From an uncultured Gemmatimonadota bacterium (GTDB taxonomy: Bacteria > Gemmatimonadota > Gemmatimonadetes > Palauibacterales > Palauibacteraceae), in assembly GCA_964499635.1 (NCBI GenBank), contig CAZCLY010000002.1:239878-303877 (forward strand): a stretch of 64,000 bases of DNA, given 5' to 3'. Both the position numbers and the translations under genes were made by a program. The notes under the pieces are model-generated. The model did not search any database, was not told the DNA's origin, and saw nothing but the letters and a program-made list of their open reading frames with translations. Below, one piece after another: positions 8,866 through 19,332 of the stretch (within the stretch, counting starts at the first letter, position 1; the number at the start of each line of letters is the position of its first letter).

Positions 8866-10641
8866 ATGGGGCCCGGCGCGGCGCGGTCCGAGTATGGGAG
8901 CCGCCTCGAAGCGCGCGAACTCGTCGCCGGGCGCGCGGCCGCGAGCGAGCGTCGCATCGCCGATCTCAGGCTCGCGCTGTTCGTGCTCGGGGCCGCCACC
9001 GTGTGGCTGCTTCGCCAGCGTGTCGCCCCGCTCGCGTCGCTCGCGGTTCTCGCGCTCCTGTTCGCCGCGCTCGTGCTCGTGCACGGTCGCGTGAAGCGTC
9101 GCCACGCGCTCGCTCGTCGCTCGGTCGTCTTCTATCGGCGTGCGCTGGACCGCCTCGAGCACCGCTTCGCCGGGGGCGGCCCGATCGGGGACGAGTGGCT
9201 CGACCCATCCCATCCGTACGCCACGCACCTCGATCTGTTCGGGATGGGCTCGCTGTACGAGCTCCTGTGCGGGGCGCGGACCGCGGCGGGTCGTGAGACG
9301 GTGGCGCGCTGGCTGCTCGAGCCGGCCTCCGCGGCGGAGGTCGCGGCGCGCCAGGACGCGGCCCGCGAGCTGGCCCACCACCTCGACCTGAGGGAGGACC
9401 TCGCGACGATCGAGGACCGGGTCCTCGCGGCGTTCGGCTCCACGGAGCTCGTGGCGTGGGCCACCGCACCGGCGCTGCTCCCGTCGGGTGCCCTCCGCAT
9501 GGCCGGGCTGGGGCTGGCCGCGGCCACCGCGGCGGCCGCCGTCGCGGTCCCCTGGCTGGGGACAACGCCCCTGGCGTGGCTCGTGGTCCTCGAGATCGGG
9601 CTGTGGTGGCGCCTCCGTGGGCGCGTGGCCGCGGTCCTCGAGGCGGTCGAGCACCCGGCCGTGTCGCTGCATCTCGTGCGCTCCGCCCTGGAGCGGATCG
9701 AGCGCGAACGCTTCGAGGCTCCCCGCATCCGGGCTATCGCGCCCGCGCCCGGCGACGGCGGCATGCCGGCCTCCGGGCGGCTGGGCGACCTCCTGCGGCG
9801 GGTGGATGCGCTCGAGTGGAGACGCAACCAGCTGTTCCTGCCCGTGTCGGCCCTCCTCCTGTGGGGCACGAACTGGGCGTTCGCGATCGACCGCTGGCGC
9901 CGGAGGCACGGGGCCGAGGTCGCAGGCTGGATCCGGTCGGTGGGAGAGCTCGAGGCGCTCCTCGATCTGGGACGGCTGACGTACGAGCGCCCCGAGTACG
10001 TGTTCCCATCGGTCGAACCGGGGGTGGCGCGTCTCGACGCCACGGAGCTAGCGCACCCGCTGCTCCCGGTTTGCACCCCCAACGACGTGTCGCTGGACGC
10101 CGACCGCGCCCTCCTGATGGTCACGGGGTCCAACATGTCCGGAAAGAGCACTCTGCTCAGGACGGTGGGGATCAACGCGGTGCTCGCGCTGGCAGGGGCC
10201 CCGGTGCGCGCCCGGTCGCTGGCCCTCGGCGACCTCTCGGTGGGCGCCTCCATCCGCACCGTCGACTCGCTCCAGGACGGAGCGTCCCGCTTCTACACCG
10301 AGATCCGGGCCATCAAGCGGGCGATGGATGCCGCGGAGACCTCGCCACCGGCGCTCTTCCTCCTCGACGAGCTCCTGCACGGCACCAACTCGCACGACCG
10401 CCGGCCGGGCGCCGAGGCGATCGTACGCGCCTTTCTCGAGCGGGGGGCGATCGGGATCGTCACCACGCACGACCTCGCCCTGGCGGAGATCGCCGAGCGT
10501 CCGGGGGCGCGCGCCGTGAACGCCCACTTCGAGTTCGCGCTCGAGGGAGACCGGGTCCGGTTCGACTACCGGCTGCGCCCGGGGGTCGTGGAAGCGGGGA
10601 ACGCGCTCGCGATCATGCGGGCGGCGGGGCTCGACGTCTAG
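8866..10641 (+). CDS. MutS-related ATPase with transmembrane segments (no mismatch-binding domain)
   Basis: ATG 8866 lies 2 nt after the previous stop. The MutS domain-V ATPase motifs are GSNMSGKSTLLRTVG, FLLDELLHGTNSHDR and TTHDL. Hydrophobic helices sit near the N-terminus and the middle (LALFVLGAATVWLL, LAWLVVLEIGLWW). Confidence 0.8.
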   Translation: MGPGAARSEYGSRLEARELVAGRAAASERRIADLRLALFVLGAATVWLLRQRVAPLASLAVLALLFAALVLVHGRVKRRHALARRSVVFYRRALDRLEHRFAGGGPIGDEWLDPSHPYATHLDLFGMGSLYELLCGARTAAGRETVARWLLEPASAAEVAARQDAARELAHHLDLREDLATIEDRVLAAFGSTELVAWATAPALLPSGALRMAGLGLAAATAAAAVAVPWLGTTPLAWLVVLEIGLWWRLRGRVAAVLEAVEHPAVSLHLVRSALERIERERFEAPRIRAIAPAPGDGGMPASGRLGDLLRRVDALEWRRNQLFLPVSALLLWGTNWAFAIDRWRRRHGAEVAGWIRSVGELEALLDLGRLTYERPEYVFPSVEPGVARLDATELAHPLLPVCTPNDVSLDADRALLMVTGSNMSGKSTLLRTVGINAVLALAGAPVRARSLALGDLSVGASIRTVDSLQDGASRFYTEIRAIKRAMDAAETSPPALFLLDELLHGTNSHDRRPGAEAIVRAFLERGAIGIVTTHDLALAEIAERPGARAVNAHFEFALEGDRVRFDYRLRPGVVEAGNALAIMRAAGLDV

Positions 10642-10986
10642 CAGGGAGGGAGGTGCGACCGCCGCGCGCGGTTCCATGGGTCAGGCGGGATACCGGGGTG
10701 GGTCTCGCCCGCGACGATCGCGTTGCCGGAACCCAGCCCCGGCTCACTTACGGACGGGAGGACCGCCGGTGGCCACACGCGCAGTTTGGGGCCCGCGCCT
10801 CACCGCGCGATCAGGGTCCCGAAACGCGTGTGTAACGGCGGTCCGGTCGCTACCACACGGCCGCGCCCGCGGGGGCCGGCGGCGCGCCGCTCTCACGTCC
10901 GCGCGGACCGCGCGTTCAATGCCGGGTGGCGCGCGATTGCGTCCTTCCGTTCGCACCGACTTCCTCGCACCGACCGACGCGCCGAC

Positions 10987-11940
10987 ATGACCGAATCTCC
11001 GGCCCCCCCGGGCAAGGTGGCCCTCGCGTTCGCCGCCGTGTACGTGATCTGGGGCTCCACCTACCTGGCGATCCGTTTCGCGGTCGAGACGCTCCCTCCG
11101 CTCCTCATGGCCGGGGTGCGGTTCGGCGTGGCCGGCCTCACCCTGTGCATCGTGCTGCGCGCACGCGGCGCGCCTCGCCCCGACGCCCGTCAATGGTGGG
11201 CTGCCGGCGTGTCGGGCGCGCTGATGATCCTCGGCGGGAACGGCGTGCTGAGCTGGGCCGAGCTGTACGTGCCCTCCGGGGTGGCCGCGCTCATCGTCGC
11301 CACCGTCCCCCTGTGGTTCGTCGGACTGGTGTGGCTGGGTCCGGATCGAGAGGCGCCCGCACCGCTCGAGCTCGCGGGCGTCGGCCTCGGGTTGTTCGGC
11401 GTCGCCCTCCTGGTCGCCGATTCCGGCCGCTCCACGTCCGCGGCGGGAGGCGGGATGGTCGTGTGGGGCGCGCTCGCCGTGGTCGCGGCATCGGGGAGCT
11501 GGGCCGCCGGCTCTCTGTACACCCGGCGTGCTCCGCTTCCCTCTCCACCGCTGTACGCGACGGCACTCACCATGCTGGCGGGTGGAGCGCTCCTTCTCGC
11601 GGCCGGGGTTGCGCGGGGCGAGGCGGGCCGATTCGACCCGGGGGCCGTCTCGGGCCGCTCGGTCGCCGCGCTCGCCTACCTGATCGTGTTCGGATCGATC
11701 GTGGCGTTCTCGGCCTACGCCTGGCTGCTCAGGGTGGTGCGCCCGGCGCTCGTCGGCACGTACGCCTACGTCAACCCCGTCGTGGCGGTGCTTCTGGGGT
11801 GGTGGCTGGCGGGCGAGACGCTCACCGCCAGGATGGCGGTGGGCGCTTCGATCGTGGTGGTCTCGGTCGCCCTCGTGCAGCGGGGGCGCGCGCGGATGGC
11901 CCGGCGGCGGACGAAGGCCCCGGAGGGGGCCTCCGCCTGA
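10987..11940 (+). CDS. EamA/DMT-superfamily transporter
   Basis: I chose ATG 10987 (MTESPAPPGKVALAFAAVYVIWGSTYLAIR). About ten hydrophobic helices form two EamA-like halves. Confidence 0.85.
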   Translation: MTESPAPPGKVALAFAAVYVIWGSTYLAIRFAVETLPPLLMAGVRFGVAGLTLCIVLRARGAPRPDARQWWAAGVSGALMILGGNGVLSWAELYVPSGVAALIVATVPLWFVGLVWLGPDREAPAPLELAGVGLGLFGVALLVADSGRSTSAAGGGMVVWGALAVVAASGSWAAGSLYTRRAPLPSPPLYATALTMLAGGALLLAAGVARGEAGRFDPGAVSGRSVAALAYLIVFGSIVAFSAYAWLLRVVRPALVGTYAYVNPVVAVLLGWWLAGETLTARMAVGASIVVVSVALVQRGRARMARRRTKAPEGASA

Positions 11941-11997
11941 CGGGTCGGGGCGGTGCCCCGCGACGGCCCGCCACCGGGCGTGTGGATCCGCACGCCA

Positions 11998-12393
11998 TCA
12001 CGCCGGGGAGCGTTCGGGCGGAGGCCGTCGGGCCGCGCGTCGCTGCCGGAGCTCCCGGAACGTCTGCATCTGCGTCTCGTCGAGAACCTCGGCCAGGAGG
12101 GTGTCGGTCTCTCCGCGGATCTCCTCCATCGCGGAGCGCATCGCGCTCCGGTCGCCCGCGGCGGCCTGCATCGCCTCGCGGCGCCGCTCACCCTGTTGTT
12201 CGAGGATCTCGCGCACCGACACGGCCTGCTCTGCGGTGAGCTGGAGCTGCTCGGTGAGCATCCGCATCTGCCGGTCGAGACCCGGCCCGCGCCGCGGCGG
12301 ACCGCCCGGACCCTGCTGTGCGGCCACCGGAGCCGCCATGACCGCCGCGAACAACACCGCCGCGGCAGCGAAACCCGCCCTGTCTGTCCACAT
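11998..12393 (-). CDS. Periplasmic Spy/CpxP/ZraP-like (LTXXQ) protein
   Basis: The signal peptide is MWTDRAGFAAAAVLFAAVMAAPVAAQ. There is an LTAEQ (LTXXQ) motif and a second degenerate LDETQ, and the rest is helical and rich in R/E/Q. Confidence 0.7.
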   Translation of the reverse strand: MWTDRAGFAAAAVLFAAVMAAPVAAQQGPGGPPRRGPGLDRQMRMLTEQLQLTAEQAVSVREILEQQGERRREAMQAAAGDRSAMRSAMEEIRGETDTLLAEVLDETQMQTFRELRQRRAARRPPPERSPA

Positions 12394-12595
12394 CGGAACG
12401 CCCTCTCGTTGTCGGTCTGTCGTCCGTCCGCCCCGCCGGGGCACGACCCCGGCACGACGTCTCGTCCGCTGGATACGACAGCCGGCGCGAGCGTCGCGTT
12501 AGCGGCCCCATCTCCCGGCCGCACGCCTAACATTTCGGAGCCGTGAAGTGTCTATCTCATCGCTTCGACAGTCGTTAACGATACCAGAGGCATCC

Positions 12596-13957
12596 ATGAA
12601 GAGACTCATCCTCGGGCTGGCGGTGGTCGCGGCCGTGGCCGTCGGGATCTTCTTCATCACCCGATCCGGGAGTGCCGAGACCAGCTCGTATCGATTCGTC
12701 ACCGTCGAGCGCGGCGACATCGAGGCCGTCGTGGCCGCGACCGGGCAGCTGAGCGCGGTGACCACCGTCCAGGTCGGCACGCAGGTGTCGGGTCAGGTGA
12801 ACGAGATCTTCGTCGACTTCAACGATCACGTGAAGCGCGGCCAGCTCATCGCCCGCATCGATCCGACGCCCCTCCAACAGACCGTACGCGACGCGGAGGC
12901 CAACATCGAGCGCATCACGGCGGAGCTCGAGCGGAATCGCTGGGAGCTCGAGCGCACGAAGGAGCTGTTCGCCATCCAGGGCGTCACCGAGAGCGAGTAC
13001 AAGGACGCCGAATACCAGGTCGCCGTATCCGAGGCCAACTTGAAGGCCGCCCAGGTGAGCCTCGAGCGCGCCCGGAACAACCTGGCGTACAGCGAGATCT
13101 ACGCGCCCATCGATGGGGTCGTGGTGGAGCGTAACGTGGACGTGGGACAGACCGTGGCGGCCAGCCTCTCGGCTCCGCAGCTCTTCCTGATCGCGAACGA
13201 CCTTTCGGAGATGGAGATCCTGGCCCAGGTGGACGAGAGCGACATCGGGCAGATCGAGGAGGGGCAGGAGGCCCGGTTCACCGTCCAGGCGTACCCGGAC
13301 GAGAGCTTTTCGGGCACCGTGCGGCAGGTCCGGCTCCAGTCGGTCACGCAGGAGAACGTGGTCAACTACACCGTGGTGGTGAGCGTGACGAACCCCGACG
13401 GCCGCCTGCTCCCCGGGATGACGGCCACCGTGGACTTCATCGTCCAGCGCGTGGAGGATGTCCTCAAGGTGCCCAACGCCGCGCTTCGGTTCCGTCCCAG
13501 CCAGGCCATGCTGGCCCAGATCCAGGAGCGCATCCAGGCCCGACGCGAGGAGTTCCAGCGCGCGCGGCCCGAGGGCGACACGGGCGCCGCGCCGGGGGCC
13601 GCACGGTTCGGCGGCGAGGTCCCGGACTCTGTCCGTGAGCGCTTCCGCGCCATGCGGGAGGCGAACGGAGGCCAGAGGCCCGGCGGCGGGGCCGGTCCGG
13701 GGGACGGGCTCGGAGGGGCGGCCGTCGGCGCGCGGGGCGGCGGCACCCAGCTGTGGTACGTGGACGCGAGCGGTGCGCTCCAGGTGGCGAGGGTGCAGGT
13801 AGGCGTCACGGATGGCCAGTTCACGGAGGTGCGTGGACGGGGTCTGGAGGAGGGGCTCGAGGTGATCGCCGGGGTCGTCGTACAGGCCGAGAGCGGCACG
13901 ACCGTCAATCCGTTCCAACCCCAGCGCCCGGAGCGCGGCTTCGGCCGTGGCTTCTGA
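12596..13957 (+). CDS. HlyD/MacA-type periplasmic adaptor (membrane fusion protein)
   Basis: ATG 12596 follows AGAGG. It has an N-terminal anchor, then VQVGTQVSGQVNEIFVDFNDHVKRGQLIARIDP (lipoyl-like), a coiled-coil hairpin, and IYAPIDGVVVERNVDVGQTV. Confidence 0.9.
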   Translation: MKRLILGLAVVAAVAVGIFFITRSGSAETSSYRFVTVERGDIEAVVAATGQLSAVTTVQVGTQVSGQVNEIFVDFNDHVKRGQLIARIDPTPLQQTVRDAEANIERITAELERNRWELERTKELFAIQGVTESEYKDAEYQVAVSEANLKAAQVSLERARNNLAYSEIYAPIDGVVVERNVDVGQTVAASLSAPQLFLIANDLSEMEILAQVDESDIGQIEEGQEARFTVQAYPDESFSGTVRQVRLQSVTQENVVNYTVVVSVTNPDGRLLPGMTATVDFIVQRVEDVLKVPNAALRFRPSQAMLAQIQERIQARREEFQRARPEGDTGAAPGAARFGGEVPDSVRERFRAMREANGGQRPGGGAGPGDGLGGAAVGARGGGTQLWYVDASGALQVARVQVGVTDGQFTEVRGRGLEEGLEVIAGVVVQAESGTTVNPFQPQRPERGFGRGF

Positions 13958-13979
13958 GGCGATCGGCGAGGGAGTGACG

Positions 13980-14800
<821 letters not shown>

Positions 14801-14804
<4 letters not shown>

Positions 14805-16018
14805 AGATGACCGTCCTCACCCGGGTCGCGGCGCAGAGCATCCTCAAGAACAAGCTGCGCACTCTGCTCACGATGCTGGGGATCATCATCGGCGTCGGCG
14901 CCGTGATCCTCATGGTGGCCATCGGTCAGGGCGCCCAGGGCCAGATCCGCTCGCAGATCGAGAACCTGGGCACGAACCTCATCGTGGTGTCGCCCGGCTC
15001 GAGCGACCAGGGGGGCGTGAGCCGGGGCGCGGGGAGCTTCAATCGCCTCAGGCTCGATGACGTCGAGAAGCTGCGGCGCGAGTCCGTGCTTCTCTCCGGG
15101 GTGTCGCCGGTGATCTCGACCGGAACGCAGGTGATCGGGGGACAGGGCAATTGGCGCACCCGGATCAACGGCGTATCGACCGACTACCAGGTCATCCGCG
15201 ACTGGCCGCTCGCCAGCGGGACGTTCTTCGACGAGAGCGACCAGCGGTCCTCGCGACGCGTGGCCATCCTCGGTCAGACCGTGGCCCGCAACCTGTTTCC
15301 CGACACCGATCCGGTCGGCGAGCAGGTGCAGCTCCGGAACGTCCCGTTCCGGATCATCGGAGTGCTCGCCGCCAAGGGTCAATCGGCGGAGGGAAACGAC
15401 CAGGACGACGTGGTGCTGGCCCCGTACACCACCGTTCAGACGCGGCTCTCGGGACGGAGCTTCATCCCGCAGATCCTCGCCTCCACCTTCTCGCCCGGCG
15501 ACATCCCGGCGGCACAGGCCGAGATCACAGCGATCATGCGGGAATCGCACGAGCTTCCCGATTACGAGGACGACGACTTCACGGTCCGCAACCAGTCCGA
15601 CCTCACCGACGCGGCACAGGGCACTACCCAGGTCATGACCCTGCTCCTGTCGGCCATCGCGGGAATCTCGCTCCTCGTGGGGGGCATCGGGATCATGAAC
15701 ATCATGCTCGTGTCGGTGACCGAGCGGACGCGGGAGATCGGCATCCGACTCGCGATCGGAGCCCGTGGCTCGGACGTCCTCAAGCAGTTTCTCGTGGAAG
15801 CGGTGGTGATGAGCGCGATCGGCGGGCTGCTGGGGGTGGGGCTCGGCTTCGGAAGCGCGCGGGCGCTGGGCGGGGTCACGGGGTGGAGCACCGCGATTTC
15901 GCCGGCGACGGTGTTCATCGCGCTCGGCTTCTCGGGCGCGATCGGGATCTTCTTCGGCTTCTACCCGGCCCGGCAGGCGGCGTCGCTCGACCCGATCGAG
16001 GCGCTCAGGTACGAGTAG
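14801..16018 (+). CDS. MacB-type ABC permease, single FtsX module (4 TM plus periplasmic domain)
   Basis: GTG 14801 overlaps the ATPase stop (GTGA). The protein is 405 aa, with LRTLLTMLGIIIGVGAVI at the N-terminus and IGIRLAIGARGSDVLKQFLVEA plus a C-terminal IEALRYE. Confidence 0.92.
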
Positions 16019-16151
16019 CCCGGCGGGGCTCCTCGCCCGCCGCTCCCGGGCGTGCGCGTCGCGATCGGGCGCGTCCGGCTGCACGCACCCCGGTGGCCCG
16101 GCCCCGGCCCGACGGCCACATTCCTCCAGGTGTCCACTCAGGAGGAACACC

Positions 16152-17642
16152 ATGAGGCCCGCAACCGCCCCGACCCGCACCCGCCACACCTCCCCGTCCG
16201 TTGTCGGCGCCGTCCTCGGCGTCCTGCTGGTCGCCACCCCGCACGCGATCGTCGCGCAGGCCCCGGCGACCACGGGAGTCGAGGTCGACCCGGCCGAGGT
16301 GCGGATCCACACGGCCGCCATGGCCGCGCACCACCTGTGCGCCGGTGTATTCGTCGTGGGACGCGACCACCCGCGGGACCCCGATACGGTCGTGCAGAAC
16401 GACATCGCGCGCTTCCCGATGTTCAACTGGCAGGACGACTTCTCGTACGCGGTCGATCGCGAGAGCCGGACCGCGTCGGTGTGGGGGGAGGGAGTTCCGG
16501 CCCGGAAGGCCGAGTACAACGGGGATCAGGGGTGCACCATCCTGCCGGAGGGCATGGACGATGTCCGTTTCCACCCCACACCGGTGCCGCGCCACGTGCC
16601 GGACCCGGAGACGACGCCATGGCCCATGGGGGACGCGGACGCACACCACGATCCCTTCCCCGCCGACGTCGACTACGACCGCTTCCAGGCCGCCCTCGAC
16701 TGGGCCATGGCCCAGGAGGAGCACCACACCCGGGCCCTGGTGGTCGTCTACGGGGGGAAGATCCTCGGCGAGCGCTACGCCGAGGGCTTCGGGCCGAACA
16801 CGCCACAGATCTCCTGGTCACAGGGGAAGAGCATCGCCGCCACGCTTCTCGGCGCCACCATCCAGGCCGGTCTGCTCGACGTGGGGCTGGACGATCCGGC
16901 GCCCGTCCCGGAGTGGCACGGCGAGGGCGACCCGCGGAACGCGATCCGGGTGCGGGATCTGCTCAACATGAGCTCGGGGCTGGACTTTCAGAACTGGGGC
17001 ATCGGTCCCCCGCGCACGTGGATGAGCCAGAACGAGCACTTCCGGATCTACTTCGACGGGCTCGACGTGTACGAGCACGCGATCGACCAGCCCATGGACC
17101 TGGCGCCGGGCGAGCGGTTCCGGTATCGGAACTCCGACCCGCTCGCGGTGGCTCGGATCGTCCGCCGGGCGGCCGAGGCCGCCGGCGCGGACTGGCTGAC
17201 CTATCCGCAACGGATCCTGTTCGATCGGATCGGCGCGCGGAGCTACGTCCTCGAGCCGGACGCGTGGGGCAACTTCATCATCACGGGCTACGACTTCGGG
17301 AGCGCGCGCGACTGGGCCCGTTTCGGGCTGCTCCATCTGTGGGACGGCATGTGGCGGGGGGAGCGGATCCTGCCGGAGGGGTGGGTCGAGTTCGAGCGCA
17401 CGCCGGCACCCGGCGATCCCGACCGCAACTACGGCGGCCTCTTCTGGCTCAATCGCGGCGGCCACCTGCCGCGTGCGCCGGCCGATACCTACTACGCGGC
17501 CGGGTTCATGGGGCAGTTCACGGCCATCATCCCGTCGCTCGACATGGTCATCGTGCGGCTGGGTCCGAGCGCCGGGGACGTCACGACCTACCTGTCCGAC
17601 ATCATCGGCGAGGTGACCGCGTCGCTCGACCGTTCGCCCTGA
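16152..17642 (+). CDS. Secreted serine hydrolase of the beta-lactamase/transpeptidase-like fold
   Basis: ATG 16152 follows AGGAGGAA. There is a signal peptide, an SxxK candidate (WSQGKSI) and the blocks DLLNMSSGLDF and GFMGQFTAIIPSLDMVIV. Confidence 0.75.
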   Translation: MRPATAPTRTRHTSPSVVGAVLGVLLVATPHAIVAQAPATTGVEVDPAEVRIHTAAMAAHHLCAGVFVVGRDHPRDPDTVVQNDIARFPMFNWQDDFSYAVDRESRTASVWGEGVPARKAEYNGDQGCTILPEGMDDVRFHPTPVPRHVPDPETTPWPMGDADAHHDPFPADVDYDRFQAALDWAMAQEEHHTRALVVVYGGKILGERYAEGFGPNTPQISWSQGKSIAATLLGATIQAGLLDVGLDDPAPVPEWHGEGDPRNAIRVRDLLNMSSGLDFQNWGIGPPRTWMSQNEHFRIYFDGLDVYEHAIDQPMDLAPGERFRYRNSDPLAVARIVRRAAEAAGADWLTYPQRILFDRIGARSYVLEPDAWGNFIITGYDFGSARDWARFGLLHLWDGMWRGERILPEGWVEFERTPAPGDPDRNYGGLFWLNRGGHLPRAPADTYYAAGFMGQFTAIIPSLDMVIVRLGPSAGDVTTYLSDIIGEVTASLDRSP

Positions 17643-17672
17643 GCGGGCGAGGCCGCGGAGCGCTCCGACCCG

Positions 17673-18782
17673 TCATCCGACACCCGGGCCGGTCTCACCG
17701 GTGACCCGACCGGGCGCCTCGAGGGCGGGCAACGGGAAGCTCAGGATCGCGGGAACCGGATCGTGGGCGATGGCCAGCAGACGGTGTCGATCTTCGTCCA
17801 GGGCGATCGCGAACACATCCCGATCGGCGCGCAACACGGCCACCAGCGACCCCTTCCAGTCGAATACGTGGATGTCGCGGGCGTAGTTGTCGCGACCCGG
17901 GAAGTCGGCCTCGCTCCGACCCGAGAACAGCCCGAAGATGAAGTCGCGGCCGGCCGTCGCGTCGATATAGCCCAGCGCGCTCTCGGGCGGGAACATGGCC
18001 ACGGGGAAGCTGCCCTTCTTCCCGACCACGAACTCCGGCTCGAAGGGGATCGGCGCGCTCACCTGGCCGCGGGACTCCCCCTGACCGCTCACGATGTCGA
18101 TGCGGCCTGCGTAGCGCGCCGCGACCGCGAACAGACGTCCGTCGGGACGTCCCGCGATCCGCGACTGGAACGCCTGCTGGCGGAGCACCGTGGGCAGGTC
18201 GCCCGGCAGGCTCGGGAACGCGCCGACCTCGCGCGTGAGCGCTCCGCTCCGGTCCAGCAGCCCGAAGCGCGCGTCGAGAAAGGCGCCGCCAGCGAGCAAC
18301 CCGGAGCTCGAGGTCCACGACAGGTCCGTGACCAGGGCGCCGTGCAGCTGGAACGATGAGTCCGCCCACCCCGTCGCCTCTCCCAGTCTGGCGAGATCGA
18401 TGCGCGTCATCCGCTGCGTCGTCGTGTCGAGGATCCACACCCGACCGTCGGCATCCCGCGTGATCGTGGCGGGCGCCATGAACTCCGCCGGCCCTTCGCC
18501 GGGGTTGCCGACCGACGCGATGAGCGTCCCCCCGGCCGCGTCGATCAGGTGGAGGTTCTTCTCGCCGTGCCGATCGAGGACGACGACCACCCCGTCGACC
18601 GGGGCGAGGTCCACGGGCACGCCCAGATGATCCCCGGTGTGGAACACCTCCCCCTCGAGCGGGATCGGCTCCAGTCCATACTCGTGCGGACGCTGCCGGA
18701 TCACCGTGCGGAGGAGGGTCCCCCCTACGAAAATGGCCGCCAGCCCCGCGGCCAGCATCGCGATGTGCTTCCTGGATGTCAC
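17673..18782 (-). CDS. Membrane-anchored 6-bladed beta-propeller protein (DUF5128/BF3164-like)
   Basis: GTG 18782 lies 6 nt after AAGGGG. The N-terminal anchor is MLAAGLAAIFVGGTLL. Repeated blade-like strands follow (DGRVWILD, LFAVAARYAGRIDIV, DFIFGLFSG, DIHVFDWKGSLVAVL, LLAIAHD). Confidence 0.65.
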   Translation of the reverse strand: MTSRKHIAMLAAGLAAIFVGGTLLRTVIRQRPHEYGLEPIPLEGEVFHTGDHLGVPVDLAPVDGVVVVLDRHGEKNLHLIDAAGGTLIASVGNPGEGPAEFMAPATITRDADGRVWILDTTTQRMTRIDLARLGEATGWADSSFQLHGALVTDLSWTSSSGLLAGGAFLDARFGLLDRSGALTREVGAFPSLPGDLPTVLRQQAFQSRIAGRPDGRLFAVAARYAGRIDIVSGQGESRGQVSAPIPFEPEFVVGKKGSFPVAMFPPESALGYIDATAGRDFIFGLFSGRSEADFPGRDNYARDIHVFDWKGSLVAVLRADRDVFAIALDEDRHRLLAIAHDPVPAILSFPLPALEAPGRVTGETGPGVG

Positions 18783-18932
18783 GATTCGCCCCTTGTTCCG
18801 TGGCGGCGTCTGTGTCGTTTCGGGGCAACGTCCCGCCGTCGACCGGCCGGCGAGCGGGGAGTCCACGAGCGGAGCCCCCTGTGGTCGGATCCTCGCCCGA
18901 CCGACCGGTCTTCGAAGGAACACGGTTCCGAC

Positions 18933-19142
18933 TCAGTCGATCTCGATGATGGCGCGCTTGGAGTCGGGCCGGACGGAGCCCTGATCCCAGCAGTACGACG
19001 CGTAGTGCGGCTTGCATTCGACCGAGGCGCACACGCCCTCGAGCTCCACGCTCCCGGCCGGCGAGACCGACACGGGGATCAGGAACAGGGTGGCCACGAG
19101 CGCGGCGACGAACGTCCAGCGGATGCTTCGAATGGCGGTCAT
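18933..19142 (-). CDS. Small secreted three-cysteine peptide (69 aa precursor)
   Basis: ATG 19142 lies 6 nt after AAGGAGAA, one of the best SD matches I saw in the window. The signal peptide is MTAIRSIRWTFVAALVATLFLIPVSVSPAGS. The mature part is VELEGVCASVECKPHYASYCWDQGSVRPDSKRAIIEID. It is the C-terminal part of track ORF 18933..19526. Confidence 0.6.
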   Translation of the reverse strand: MTAIRSIRWTFVAALVATLFLIPVSVSPAGSVELEGVCASVECKPHYASYCWDQGSVRPDSKRAIIEID

Positions 19143-19267
19143 GATGTTCTCCTTGTGTGTGGTTGGAAGTGCTCGCGGGGGCTCCGCGCGCCGCCGACAT
19201 TGCGGTCGACGGCCTTTGCCGACCGCCGCTCCGGTCGGCCCGATGACACTGGCGGGATGGGGAGTGG

Positions 19268-19302
19268 ATGAAAACGGCGGCGCCCCGGCGGGGACGCCGC
19301 CG
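19268..19302 (-). terminator. Candidate rho-independent terminator after the anti-sigma gene
   Basis: On the minus strand, CGGCGGCG..(CCCC GCC GGGG)..CGCCGCCG is followed by GTTTTC. It lies 31 nt downstream of the stop at 19333. Confidence 0.5.
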
Positions 19303-19332
19303 CGTCCACCGGAAGCGATCGCGACTGCCCGG

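Noticed and set aside
10810-10862. Fragments resembling the ykkC/guanidine-I leader (AGGGTCCCG, GGTCCGG, ACACGG) upstream of the EamA gene
   Set aside because: The conserved 3' portion (GGGA-AAAAGCCCGGGAG-type hairpin) is absent and the spacing is not convincing by eye. An Infernal scan would be needed, so I do not call it.
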